64,000 nt of DNA from Octopus sinensis (GCF_006345805.1 NC_043009.1:54808001-54872000), one strand, 5' to 3'. Positions 11,613 to 26,419 are shown, counted from the stretch's first letter. A program made the numbers and translations. Notes: generated by a model not told the origin, from the sequence alone.

Positions 11613-14600
11613 CATTATTATTATTATTATTATTGTCATTATTATTATTATTGTCTTTATTATTATTGTTGTTGTTATTATTATTATTATATTATTATTA
11701 TTGTTATTGTTATTATTATTATTAAGGTGGCAAGCTGGCAGGACTGTTAGCATGCTGGAAAAATGCTTAGCAGCATTTCGTCCATCTTTACATTCTGAAT
11801 GTGAATTCTCGCAGGGTCAATGAGTACAGGTTAAGTACTGAGGTCAAAGTAGTCGACCTCCACCTCCCCTCAAAAAAGCTAGCCATGTGCCAGCCAAAAT
11901 TTGAAATCATCGTTGCTGCCACCACCATCACTACCATCATTGACTTTGCCTTTCATCTTTTAAGGGTTGATAAAATGGTACCAGTCAATTGATTATAGCC
12001 CCTACCTGCAAAAATAACCGGAATTGATTATATACCCTACCTGCAAAAATAACTGGGTTCGGTTATATCCCCTACTTTGTACCTATATTAGAAACAACTA
12101 TTATCATTACTGTTATTATTACCAAAGATGTTTTAATGAACCAATGAAGAAGGTTATATGTGTTTGCTTAACCCCTTTTTATAAAAAAGAGAGACACATA
12201 TCCATTTCTAGATAAATTATGTCTGATGGAAGTAGATAAAGAAACAAGATGACTGCCACTACAGCATCTTTGATTCCAGTGCCAAACTGGGTACAATGAC
12301 AACAATATTAAGTTATTCATACCTTAGATCAATACGATCCTTCTCACAGTTTCCAATAAAGGTACCATATTGACATGAGAAAACATGATCGTGAAGAACC
12401 AGCAGGAAACGTTCGTTGAATTGAAAAGCACAGGGGTACTGGTGGGTCATCTGCCATACTGCGTCAATGAATTGTGTGAACACCGGGGAAACTTCTTTAG
12501 GGTCCACTGTGCCCAGAAAACCACATCGGTCTGTAAACTTATGTCCAAAAGCCAGCCATTCTTTTTCAATAAGGTCCTGAAATAGAATTAGAATTGTAAT
12601 GTATCATGAAATGATTTTTAGGGCTTAAAACAGCCAAATAATTGACAAAATAATATAATTATAATTCCTGATAAAAGACAATTGACAATAATGAGTTGAT
12701 TATAATTTTGAAGCATACCAAAGTTGACAGATTGTGTTAGAGAAAGACAGAGCTATATTAGTACACATTGTGATAGTGCAACTGTTAGGAGGCCACCAAT
12801 CTAAAGATGAGATATTTATAAAGCCTGTAAACAGGCAGTTTTTAAGAGGGCATGTGTGTGTTTTTGTTTCAAGTAACAATATAAAAATGCTTTTTTTTTT
12901 TTTAATGATGTGGAGCAGATGTTGACTCACCTGAAATCCTTTTAATGTTCTATAGTAAGGGTCCAACATGAGAGAAGCCAAAGAACATGTTTGAGCTGTG
13001 CGGTCCCAACCATCTGAACAGTGTACAAGGACACTGACACCTTCAGAGACAGCCTTCAAAATATAACGGGGAAAAGATGATTAAACTGATAGGAACAAAT
13101 CAATTACACACACCTCACAACACACACATTTACACTTCAACAATCAAATACACACACATCTGACCACACACATACACACTTCACCACACATGCACTCATA
13201 CCTCACCATGCACATACATACATCTTACCATACACACACACACACCCTGCCACACACTTTGCCACATACATACACATACCTCACCATAGGTATGCACATC
13301 TCACTACACACACACACCTCTCACTGCATACTCTCTTTTACTTGTTTCAGTCATTTGACTGTGGCCATGTGAGCACCGCCTTTAGTCAAGCAAATCGACC
13401 CCAGGACTTATTCTTTGTAAGCCTAGTACTTACTCTATCGGTGTCTTTTGCTGAACCGCTAAGTTATGGGGACATAAACACACCAGCATCAGTTGTCAAG
13501 TGATGTTGGGGAGACAAACACAGACACATAAACACATACATACATATATATATATATATACATATAAACGATGGGCTTCTTTCAGTTTCCGTCTACCAAA
13601 TCCACTCACAAGGCTTTGGTCGGCCCGAGGCTATAGTACAAGACACTTGCCCAAGGTGCCACGCAGTGGGATTGAACCTGGAACCATGTGGTAGGTAAGC
13701 AAGCTACTTACCACACAGCCACTCCTACGCCTGTGCATATACATGCCTTTATTGTTGCCAATGTCTCTATAACTCCATTTTTAGTGGAGAATGTACAGCC
13801 AGAGAAATTTCTATTGCTAATATCTATACAGCCTTTGCTAATCTGTATAGTTCTACTTTAATTTAACCCTTTAGCATTCAGTTTAATCCACCAAATGCAA
13901 TGCTTTTGCATTCACATTGTTTTTAACTAACCATGCATTAGCTCATAGCTTTGTGCTTTCGATGATGTGATTGTTAATTTTTAGAATTACACTGTAGGGT
14001 AGATTTGAGAAGCTAGATCTGGCCAGTTTGAACATAAGACAGGCAGAATATTTGAGCCAGATATGGCCAGTTTAAATGCTAAAGAGTTAAATAGAGCAAA
14101 AGAAGTTAAAATCAGAGTAAGTAAATATTAGCCTCGGCACCTGTGCAGGTGGCACGTAAAAAGCACCCACTACACTCACGGAGTGGTTGGCGTTAGGAAG
14201 GGCATCCAGCTGTAGAAACACTGCCAGATTAGACTGGGCCTGGCGCAGCCTACTGGCTCCCCAGACCCCAGTTGAACCGTCCAACCCATGCTAGCATGGA
14301 AAACGGACGTTAAACGATGATGATGATGATGAAGACACACAGAAAAGAAATTATAAAATACAGAGAGTGGATTTGCTGTATGAATCCCAAACTTGAATTA
14401 ATGGCATTAGGAAGAAGGTAGAGGAATCATTTTCTTGAATACTTCACAACAGAGACATCTAATAGCTGAGTGTGACTGCAATGTAACATACAGCCGAACA
14501 CCAATATATCATAAATCTTTTATCTTTTAATAGTTTTAGTCATTGGACTGCAGTCATGTCGCAGTGGTAACCATAGAAAGCATGCCAAATCAGACTGGAG

Positions 14601-17600
14601 TCTGGTGCATCCTGCCAGCTTGCCAGCTCTGGTCACACCATCCAACCATTGCCAGCATGGACAATGGACGTTAAGTGATGATGATGATGAAGTTGACTAC
14701 AGTACTTACTTATTTAAGTCTGGTACTTATTCTATCAGTCTCTTTTGCCAAAAATGCTACATTACGGGACATAAACAGACCAACACTTGTTGTCAAATAG
14801 TGGTGGGGAGACAAACACACACACATGACAGGCTCTGATAGTTTCTGTCTACCAAATTCACTCACAAAGCACTGGTCAGCCTGAGGCTAAAGCAAAGGGT
14901 GCTACACAGTGAGACGGAACCCAAAAAGCATGTGGTCGCAATGCAAGCTTCTTCTTAACCACAGCTCAAACCAACAACAACAACAAAAATAGAAAAAACA
15001 GATTTACTTTAGCAATGAAAACTGAAGTTTCCATGACAGCTCGCACATGCTTTAACCAGCCACTGCTCTCCAGACCTGATAGGAATGCAGACATGGAAGG
15101 ATTCTTCAACTCACAGACTGAAAAATGGAAAAAGAAAAAAATAAAGGAAAACCATAACAAAGAATTAATAAAGACAAAAAAAAAAGATACAAAAAAGATA
15201 CAATAATAAAACAAGAAAAATAGCAGCAAATGACAGAAGCTGACTTGCATATAATTAGTTTGGTTTACTTTTGGTCTGAAGAAGAGAATTTTGTGAGAAA
15301 CAGTTAATAAAACATTTATATGAAATAAGTAGGCTTTAGTATAACCAATAGGTACTAAATCATTCAGCGAATACTCATTCAAAGTAAACAGAGATAATAA
15401 TTTCTTTTGTCTTGGCACACAAGACTCTTGTTTTCATTGATTTTGTCCTTCTAAGTGGTATATTATTGGCATATTGATTTCTTCCTTGGACACAAGGCCA
15501 AATTTCATTCAAGTAGGGCATTATAGATAACTGGATCAGCTCCAGCATATGACACACACACCTACATTAAGTTCTCTGAGGTAAGATAAAATTTTGAAAA
15601 GATACAACAGAGACAACTGCACAATCCATCTCAGTATTTTACTGAGACGTATATTATCTCCTTTGAAGGGGGCAAGTAACAGTGACATTTGAACTCAGAG
15701 ATAAAACTTCATAATGTAAGACATTTAGTTTGATTCTTTATTGTGTTTGCCAACTCATTGTTTTGTGGTAAGTAGCTTGCTTACCAGCCACATGGTTCCG
15801 GGTTCAGTCCCACTGCGTGGCATCTTGGGCAAGTGTCTTCTACTATAGCCTCGGGCTGACCAAAGCCTTTTGAGTGGATTTGGTAGGCGGAAACTGAAAG
15901 AAGCCCGTCGTATATATATGTTTGTGTGTCTGTGTTTGTCCCCCCAACATCGCTTGACAACCGATGCTGGTGTGTTTATGTCCCCGTAACTTAGCGGTTT
16001 GGCAAAAGAGACCGATAGAATAAGTACTAGGCTTCCAAAGAAGAAGTCCTGAAGTCGAGTTGCTTGACTAAAGGTGGTGCTCCAGCATGGCTGCAGTCAA
16101 ATGACTGAAACAAGTAAAGGAGCAATCTGAGGAAGATGACGTCATTCTTGACCCAAGCAAGATTTGAACATGAAGATGTAAAACAGCAAACAACATGCTT
16201 TAGCTCATTGTCTTACAATAAAAAAAACAAGTAAAGTAAATTCACAGACATTATTGTCTTGGGTCTTAGGACTCTTAGGGCCAGTTACCTGGTTTCCATA
16301 ACATATAAATGACTGGATTCACAACATTTGCACCTGAATGGGACACAACTCCATTGCAGGGCTGCTCATTTACAGCTGAGTGGACTGGAGCAATGCCATA
16401 TGAAATGAAGTATTTTGCTCAAGAACATAACACATCACTCAGTCTGGAAATAGGAAACCATGATTTTGCAATCATGAGTGCAACACCTTAACCACTAAGC
16501 CATGCACTTTCACTGTCTTACAGCACATATGTTATTAATTTTTATACTCTTAGGAGGATGATGTCATGTTTGACCACACCAACAATTTGAGCTTGTAAAT
16601 CTAAGACATCAAATCATCTCTAAGTCAATGACCAAGCCTATACCTTTGGCAGCACCTGTAAGACCTTCTTCAGGTTAACTGAAAATTATTGCCGACTGCT
16701 TGTGGCCAAGCTTTATTTTAATACAATGAATACAAGTTTAATCCTTTGCCTGTCCTGTGTATCGCATGTGAGACACAAGACATATTTCCCTATCATCCAT
16801 GCATCATATACAATACATGAGTAACTTGGTGCTTATGAAAGGATGTTTTATCTTTCTTACTCAGAGCATATGAAACAAGGGCTAACTAAAAATCTGAAAA
16901 CAAGCATGTTAGTGTAAGACAAACTTATAAAAATACTTTGGAACAAAGGGTTAAAGAGGTGAATTATTGACCTTCATGATCACTGGTTCAAATCTCATAA
17001 CAACCATTGTGCAATATATATCTGAAAATATATGGTATGTAATTTTGCTTGCTTTATTTTGTTTGTCAGATGAACAAAACAGCCCTAGTCCAACTTCATT
17101 GTTAAATGGTTAGCAGTAGGAAGATTATCAAACTATTGTCTGGAAGAGCATCTCATTCTTGTTAACATCAATATATATGTATAAAAAACACACACACATC
17201 ATCATCATCATCATCGTTTAACGTCCGTTTTCCATGCTAGCATGGGTTGGATGGTTTGACCGGGGTCTGGGAAGCCAGGAGGCTGCACCAGGCTCCAGTC
17301 TGATCTGGCAGTGTTTCTACAGCTGGATGCCCTTCCTAACGCCAACCACTCAGTGAGTGTAGTGGGTGCTTTTTACGTGCCAGGGGAGGCTGGCAACGGC
17401 CACGATCAGTTGGTGGTTTTTATGTAACACCAACATGGAAGCCAGTCAAGGCGGCGCTTGACAAATACAGAAAAAGATGTTCGGTTATTTGTTACTGATG
17501 TGAGCTCAAAATGTGATTCAGTGGAGTGTAGCAGATGAGTGACACTACATATGAGTCAATGCTTTATCTGTTGCCAGAGTGAACTTAAAATGTGGATCAG

Positions 17601-20037
17601 CAGAGAGGAGTAGTTGAGTGACACTTTGAGTTAAAATATCTATTGCTAGTATGAACTCAAAATGTGGATCACAGGGACATAGTGAATGATTGACTCAGCT
17701 AATTTCAGTAGCAAGTTAATAAGTGTTTTTTTTTAATTAACTTAACCCTTTTGTTACTATGCATCTGTTGAAATACACTGCCTCTATTTTGATTAATCTT
17801 AAAAATAATCTTGTCCTTTTTAATCTGGTGTTTGGAACAAGAGGCTTAACCACAGATGTTCTATATAAAAGTAAACAAAGGTTATTCAATGAAAAGGATC
17901 GATCAGCAAAGTTGAAGATCAATATTCAAATTGAATTGAAATTTAATTTAGGGATTGCTCAAAATTGAACAGTAAATAACTGTTGTTGTCATTATTTAGC
18001 CCGGGGTCAATCCCAACTGAAGGGACCTATAATCAAAGATGCTTTAGCCCATCCTTTTCTCAAAGCATTGCTCATATAGAGGTTCATTACCCAATACATT
18101 CCTCCTTTGATAGAATCTTAACTGCTATTTCTACCAGGCTAAGTAACTACAAAAAAATTTCCTTGTTAGATTTTGAGAATTCAAGTTATAAATTGGAGAT
18201 GCAAATAGGATGATTAAAGGGGAAAAAAATTTCAAAAGTGAGCAAATAGTGAGAACTGAACCCATGTTTTCTTATTGATATCATAGTGCTTTAAATGTGA
18301 TAAAAAAAATCAATACATTGGTACTATCGACAAATCAGAAAGAAGATCAATGCATTGGGATAATCAGTAAACCAAAAAATCAATATGTTGGTACTATCAA
18401 CAAGCAGGCAATCAATCCATTTGCATCATAAACAACAAGATCAATATATTCGCACCATCATCAAATAAATCAATAGAAACAAGCCAATAAGAGAGTTTCT
18501 ACATAGTTGCTAAAGCTGCTAGAAATAACAGCCAAATATCACTTATGCTACACACTATCACCTTAAAAATGACACATTGGGTAAAGTAATCTGGATTATG
18601 TTGTCTGAAAAAATATAGGATGGCCATGGGTGGTATATCTTTGATTAAGGTATCCTTTATCGAGGCTTACCTGGGGTTAAACAACATCAAGAGAATTAGT
18701 ACCAACATCACTCAGAAGATCGATAGAATTGGATCAATATAGTTCAGTTAAAGTGAAAATATATTTCCAGACACAGACAGCTACAAGGTTAAAAGTTTAT
18801 TTCTTACTGACGGTGTCATGTTGAAATCTTGGGTAACGTACTTAACTTGTCTAATTATAAATTTAACAGTATAAATTTATATAAGACATCAAGAAGCATC
18901 AATTCAATACAGAAAAGTGCAATCCCATGAGATGCTGATTAACAAATAGCTGGGACCCGAACAGATGCTACTATGAAAGGTTAGATTAGACCTGGGATCA
19001 ATAATGACTGAGAGGTGGTCCCTCAAACCCCCAAACCCTGGAACTACCAGATGAAGTTTAAAGTCACACCTAGGACATAGACATATATACCATAAATCCT
19101 CGAGTATAATACGCAGGGGATTTTTAGGGGGCTGTACCTATGAAAAACTTAAACCTTGTGTATAATACGCACCCCTTCTCTAACTTGAGTCGTGCATAAT
19201 TAAGCCAGCAGCACCTAGTCGAACAAATACTTCCGCATATGCATAATACAATAATGGTGATGTTCTTAACTGTTATATGGGAATGTAAATATGTTTGCAA
19301 ATTGCTTTTGTTACATGTTATTCTGTGTTCTGAATACTTTAATTTTAATAAATGGTGCTTACTGCAAGTTATGGATGATTCTTTTATGACTTCATTGGAA
19401 GGCTTCATCAGGCCCAGTCAGATCTGGCAGTGTTTCTACGGCTGGATGCCCTTCCTAACGCCAACCACTCCGTGAGTGTAGTGGGTGCTTTTTACGTGCC
19501 ACCGGCACAGGTGCAAATGCGTCTGAATAAACATTGCCGGACAGCAAATAGAGACTAGGACATTGCTTAGAAAATATTTTTCATTTTAAGCCTCGTATAT
19601 AGTACGCACTAGGGATTTTGACCTTTAAATTTTTTTTGGGGGGGGGGGGGGGTGATGCGGATTATACACGAGGATTTATGGTAATAAAAGATTAAAATAC
19701 CTTCAAGAAGTTTTTGTAAGCTACTCCTCATCACATGGATATTCTCAATTCCCAAAAATTGGAACTTGATGTTGGAATAGAAGCTTTCCTTTTCATAGCC
19801 TTTCCCAGCAGCTTTGTTAGCAACAGCATTGATCTACAAAAACAATGACAACAATTCTTTTAAGGATTTAATCTTTTTGAGTCAAATATATATATAAAAA
19901 TAAAAAATACAAACAAATTAGGTAACATTTTTTCTTTCCAACCTAAAATAATAAAACTGTTTCAAAAACAAAAATGTAATCATAATCATCACCTTTTCAT
20001 TGTTTTACAACCCACTTTAACACAGCATTGATAATGT

Positions 20038-20068
<31 letters not shown>

Positions 20069-23000
20069 GATGATGATCCTTTCCACCAAAGGCACAAGGC
20101 CTGAAATTCTGAGGGAGGAGGCTACTTGATTATATTAACCCCAGTGCTCAAAAGGATGACAGGCACAGTTGGCCTCAATGGGATTTGAACTCAGAATGTG
20201 AAGTACAGATACAAATACCACAAAATATTTTTCTGGTGCTCTAACACTGTTTGGGCCGAACGGAAATACAAAAACTATTACAAGATAACAACAGTAGGAC
20301 CAGTAAAAAGATTAAACAAAAGAGAGCTGATAAATATAATGAAGAACTATAAAAAATATATATATACAAGAAAAAAGCAAAAGCCTTCCCCAAATACAGA
20401 AGGAAAATAAAGTAAAAACAGGAGACCAACTACATTGAAATAACAGATTTTGATAAGGACAAATCAAGAACTGTAAAAGTAAAAAAAAAACCCCAGAAGA
20501 CAACACCAAAATGAATTACCAAAATATACTGGAGATACAAATAGAAAGAAAGACTACTCCATGGCCAAAATCCTGTCAGACTTGACAGAGAGAAACTAAG
20601 CTGGAGTGATAGCTAACAATGGCTCAAAAGCCCTGGATTAAACATAAGCAAAAACAGAAGGCCTGACACTGCACAAGACCAGTGTATTGCTACACACATG
20701 TACAAAAATACAACAGTAAAAGAAGGTGCTAACAAAAAGTGCAGATAAAATAAGTACCAGTCAAGTACTGGGGTTGATGTAATCAACTTCCCCCTCCCCT
20801 CAAAAACTACTGGCTCTGTACCAAAATTTGAAACAATTATCCTCCCCGTCCTCCTCATTATGCGCAAAGTGACAAAACCGTTCAGTGTCCAGACATTGCT
20901 GACTTGTGGGATATGTCGGACAGCTGCTTTCACATGTGGGACAGATCCGTCTGTTGGCTGAGTCCATAGTGATGACTGCCCCACCACTCTCTTTCAATAG
21001 GACAGGCAAGGCAGTTTTCCTTTGCTTAGTGGCTGTGGTGAAAGAGGTTCTCTGGTGGATGAGGCTGAAATACATGAGGACAGATACTTATCTCTTTGGT
21101 GGAGGTCTCATTGACTTCCTTGAGTTTCACTTGGAAAGGAAATCAAAGGTGGAGAGGGAAGCGCTGTCCTCAAGTAGGTTTATTGAAAGGTGGGTGAAAG
21201 TAACGAAAATGACAAGAGTGGATGGTACCTCTCTAAGTGTAGACCTACAAGTCAGAGAAAGGGAATCAGAAGGGGGACTTGCTCTTGGTGTTCAGAGATA
21301 TCTCAGACAGTGGGGTTCCTTGATTATCCCTAGAGGCCATCCTGAATTAGGAAGGCTACATCTCTATCATCCACCTGCTTTTTTTTAACCGTGCATACCA
21401 TGTATATTTCCTTTCCTTTTCATTGTACACCATGTATGCTTTTTTTCTTTCATATTATTTGATCATTCCATTATATGTAAATCCCTACACTTTGTGTCTG
21501 TCTTTGTATTGTCTCTCTCATCCACCCTGCTGACAAATAAATGAAATTATTATCATTATTATTATTAGTAGTAGTAGTAGTAGTATCATTACTACTACTA
21601 CTACTACTACTACTAGTGTTGGGTTAAAGTGAGTTGATGTAAAGCAATGAGAATGTCATGATAGTAACACCTTTTATTTTTTGTATTTTTCGTATGCAGC
21701 CAGCAAAATGAAATGGTTAACTACATCATCTCTGGCTGTCCAATATCATTGCCAAGTTTGAATATATGCACAGACACGATCAAATTGATAGCTATACCCG
21801 TTGGACAATACGCCAACAATTCAATGTGAAAGCAGATAAGAAATGGTATAAATATGTACTAAACACACAACTGGGCAATGACAAAGTTACAATCATCTGT
21901 GAAATGTCTAATCAAACTGATAGAGAAATCAAAGCAAACTTCCTGGAAAGAATAATCAAATGTGAATGAAAATGCATGCATGCTCATAGACATCATGATT
22001 CCCTCTAGTGTAAACATTGCCTGAAAGGAAGCAGAGAAACTATCCAAATACAAGGATTTCGAAATTGAAGAAAAGCGAGATATGTAAAAGTAAAAACAGT
22101 ACAATTAATAAATGGAGCACTGTGTTTATTTTCAGGAAAATATGAGCAAAAGTATGAGACGTACCAGAGTTCACAATGTTACTGCCACTAAAATAGCTTA
22201 ACTAGATATAGCCTAACCACCTGATGAGTGGCTGTGTGGTAAGTAGCTTGCTTACCAACCACATGGTTCCATGTTCAGTCCCACTGCATGGCACCTTGGG
22301 AAAGTGTCTTCTACTATAGCCTTGGGCCGACCAAAGTCTTGTGAATGGATTTAGTAAACAGAATCTGAAAGAAGCCTGTCGTATATATATATATGTATAT
22401 ATGTGTGTGTTTGTGTGTCTGTGTTTGTCTCCCCAATATTGCTTGACAACCGATGCTGGTGTGTTTACGTCTCCGTAACTTAGCGGTTCGGCAAAAAAGA
22501 CCGATAGAATAAGTACTAGGCTTACAAAGAATAAGTCCTAGGGTCGATTTGCTTGATTAAAGGCGGTGCTCCAGCATGGCCGCAGTCAAATGACTGAAAC
22601 AAGTAAAAAAAAAACAACAACTATTACAACAAATACTATGCACAATCATTACCCAACAATATAACCAACTAGCATTCCATCAAGGGTTTCAGTTGATCCA
22701 ATCAATGGAACAGCCTGCTTGTGAAAGTAACATGCAAGTGGCTAAGCACTCCACAGACACGTGTACCCTTAACATAGTTCTTAGGGAGATTCAACATGAC
22801 ACAATGTGCCAAGGCTGGCCCTTTGAAATACAGGTACAACTCATTTCTGCCAGCTAAGTGAACTGGAGCGATATAAAATAAAGTGTCCTCCTCAATGTAA
22901 GCCAAATACCCTGACCATTTAACCACATGCCTTCAAACCCAACAGTATAACACAAACATATACTCCTAGATATTCAACATTCCTGTATGCCTGTGCTACA

Positions 23001-26000
23001 TGGACACTGACAGCAGAAATCAAAAGAAGAATCCAGGCTACAGAGATGAAATGCTTCAGGAGGCTTTTGAGAATATCATACACAGATTGTGTCACAAACA
23101 AGGAAGTGAAAAGAATAAATAAGGCAGGCAATAGGGCCCTATGAGGAACTTCTTGCCACAGAATGAAACACAAGCTCAGGTGGTCTGGGCATGTCACCCA
23201 CTTATCAGGGATGCCCAAAACAATCCTTCAGGGAACAGTCAAAGGTGGCAGATGCAGAGGCAGACAGAGAAAGAGGTGGGAAAACAGTATTTGTGAGTGG
23301 ACAGGCCTAAAGATAAGAGACAGTGTGAGAGGCAGAAGACAGAGATGGGTGGAGGGATCTGGTAGCAAAGTCATTAGTGGTGCCCTAATGGTCAACCAGA
23401 CTATAGAATGTGTAACGTAATGTAAATCACCATAATACCAATAACTCACACAACTGAAAACCATTAATGCTAAGCAAACAAAACATTATACACAATACAT
23501 ATGCACAGGCTTGGCTGTGTGGTTGAGAAGGTCACTTTGCAAACATGTGATTTCAGGTTCAGTATCACTACGTGACACATTGGGCATGGGTCTTCTACTA
23601 TAGCTCAGAGTTGACCAATGCCTTGTGAGTGAATTTAGTAGACAGATATCGTATGGGAAACTGTCATGTGCATACACGTGCACATGTGTGTTACTGACAT
23701 GCAAATTGTGTCGTTCCTTACCAGCCTTCTGTGGAAACATGTCTGGTCATGGGGGAATAATTACTTTACTTATAATAAAAACAACAAACAAACAAACTGC
23801 CAATCAATAAGATGAGGAAATTAAAACAGATTAGTTCAGGAGTAGATAGAGAACTGGTGTATTTTGGTAACTTATGACTTTCTTTAGAGAGACCTTACCT
23901 GTAAATAAACTTAACTAGATTTTAGTATTCACTGTGTGTAATGGGAATGTGTGTGTGTGTGTGTGCATACATTGAGTGTGCATGTGCATATAAATGTGTG
24001 AACCTGTGCATTTGTACATGAGTGATGAAGATAAATGCATGTTTCTTTGAACATACATGTGTGTGTGTGTGTGTCTGTGTGTCACGCATTACATGATTAT
24101 GCTACTGTCATTCCAAAGTGCTTTGCGATTTGTTAACAGAAAAGAACTAAATAACAGCCTTGAAAGAAAGTTGTGTGTTTTCTATGAAGTTCCAATGAAT
24201 ACAAAAGAACTCAAAGCAAGCAGGAATAAAATAAAATGCAATTGAGGGGATAAAAAAAAATGTAATTTTTTTTTTCATTTATTACTTTTTTTCTTTTTTT
24301 TTTGTTGCTGTTCTTAAAATCTGTTTCAGATGATAAAAGAGACAAATAGTACATCGTCAGTTTCTTTTCAACTCACAACAAATTTCCAAATCTCCAACCC
24401 CTTACCTCTACAGTTATCCTTACTTTCTTTCTTTTCCCCCATTCAGCCTCACCCTATCACACATGCCCCCCCCACACACACACACATGCATGCATGCATA
24501 CACACACAAACATACATGCAGGCTTGCATGTATGAATGTCAAACATTTCTTCTCTTGGGTCATTTCACAGGATTTGTTGCAGGTATAGGTGAGGGTATAT
24601 GAATATGTGTATGCATGTGTGCACATGTGTGTGTGCATGCATGCATGTGTGTGTATGCATGCATGTGTGAGTGTGTGTGTGTAAAAGACACCACATGAAA
24701 AGGCAATTATTTTTTTTAATGAGGCAGTCATCACACCAGAATTAATGAAATTGTACAACATTATATAATCACTGTAATTGACAATGGATCCTTCACTGGT
24801 TTCCACAACAAGCATTCATTATTTGTTTGATCAGCTGAACTGCCTGCTCATTAAACTGGCAAAGTAAATGACTGATTATTTCACAGACGCGTGAACCCAT
24901 AACATAATCCTTAGGCAGAATTAGCAGAAAAGTGGCTGAGTATTCCAAAGACACGTACTCCCTTACAATAATTCTCAGGCAGTATCAGTATGACAATATA
25001 TGACAATGTTAGTTAGACCTTTGGATTAGACCAGCTACAAACCAAATGAAGGGGCTTCCACACAGTTTCTGCTTTAAATTTCCACATGCACTAAAAACTA
25101 TTTTCCATGAATATGTGCTGCTGCAATTGGGATGCATCTGATACACCCATGCATCTTTTAGCTGCTGTTGTTGTTGTTTCTACAGCATTCACATCATTTC
25201 TATTTCCTCTGCTGCTCATGCACTGTGGTTACAATCACACCATGCACTGCGGTCACTATCACTCCTTCTGCCATACTTCAATATCTACTACTATATATTT
25301 GTAACTAATGCCTTACAGCTAAGGCCACTACATACACATCATCTCCACTATGACCACAAGGATGCCCTTCCTAACATCAATGGCATTCAAGAGTACACTG
25401 GATATTATGGGAACAACAGCAGAGAAGTCGTTATGCACTCAATATATTGGGTTGGTGCATAATTACTGCAGCTTTTTTTTCAACAAATTTTATTCAGCAA
25501 AAACAATAACAATATTTAACAAAACATCTTTAAATGATGCTCTGACTGTCTGCCAAGCAAATGGGAAGCAGTAATTGAAGTAGATGGTGAATATGCTCCA
25601 GAATAATCATTTAAAGATGTTTTTGTTGAATAAAATTTTTTGAGAAAAAGCCACAATAATTATGCACCAACCCAATATATATGCTTGGGCACAATATGAA
25701 AATTCCCCTCCAAAAAATTGATGTTAGTCTGCTTTTCCAAGATATTTTTTATGGAGAACGGACGTTAAACGACGATGATGAACTTTAATTTAAGAAACTT
25801 TTTATTCAAATATTGTGACTATGTCTTCTACCTTTTTACTTGTTTCAGTCATTAGATTGTGGCCATGCTGGAGCACTGCCTTGAAGAAATTTTAGTTGAA
25901 TGAATCAACCCCAACACTTAATTTTTTGCTAAATTTGGTGTCTATTTTATTGGTCTCTTTTGACAAACTACTAGGATACAGGGACATAAACTGTTGTCAA

Positions 26001-26381
26001 GCAGTGATGGGGAACAAACACGTGTGTGTGCACACACACATACATACATACAGGATGGGCTTCTTCTAGTTTCCGTCTACCAAATCCACTCACAGGCTTC
26101 GGTCAGCCCAAGGCTATAGCCAAAGACACTTGCCCAATGTGCCATGCAGTAGGATTGAACCCTGAACCATGTTGTTAGAATGCAAGCTTCTTACCACAGA
26201 GCCAAACCTGTGTCTATAAAAATAACCAGTATCAAGAATCTTTTGCAAAAACACTTTTTTTTTTAAATGTGTGTATACTCTCTCACTCTCTCACACACAC
26301 ACACACACACAAACACACACAGAATAGTAAAAAGTAGAACGAGAAGAAAAGGACAAAAGAGAAATGTACTTGTATTGTGGT

Positions 26382-26419
<38 letters not shown>

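Noticed and set aside
10925-11823. Poly-I, poly-Y and poly-H ORFs
   Set aside because: Translations of (TAT/CAT)n tracts.
18771-18832. Short plus-strand exon candidate ([20 protein letters not shown])
   Set aside because: Weak donor, no homology; expected by chance in 64 kb.
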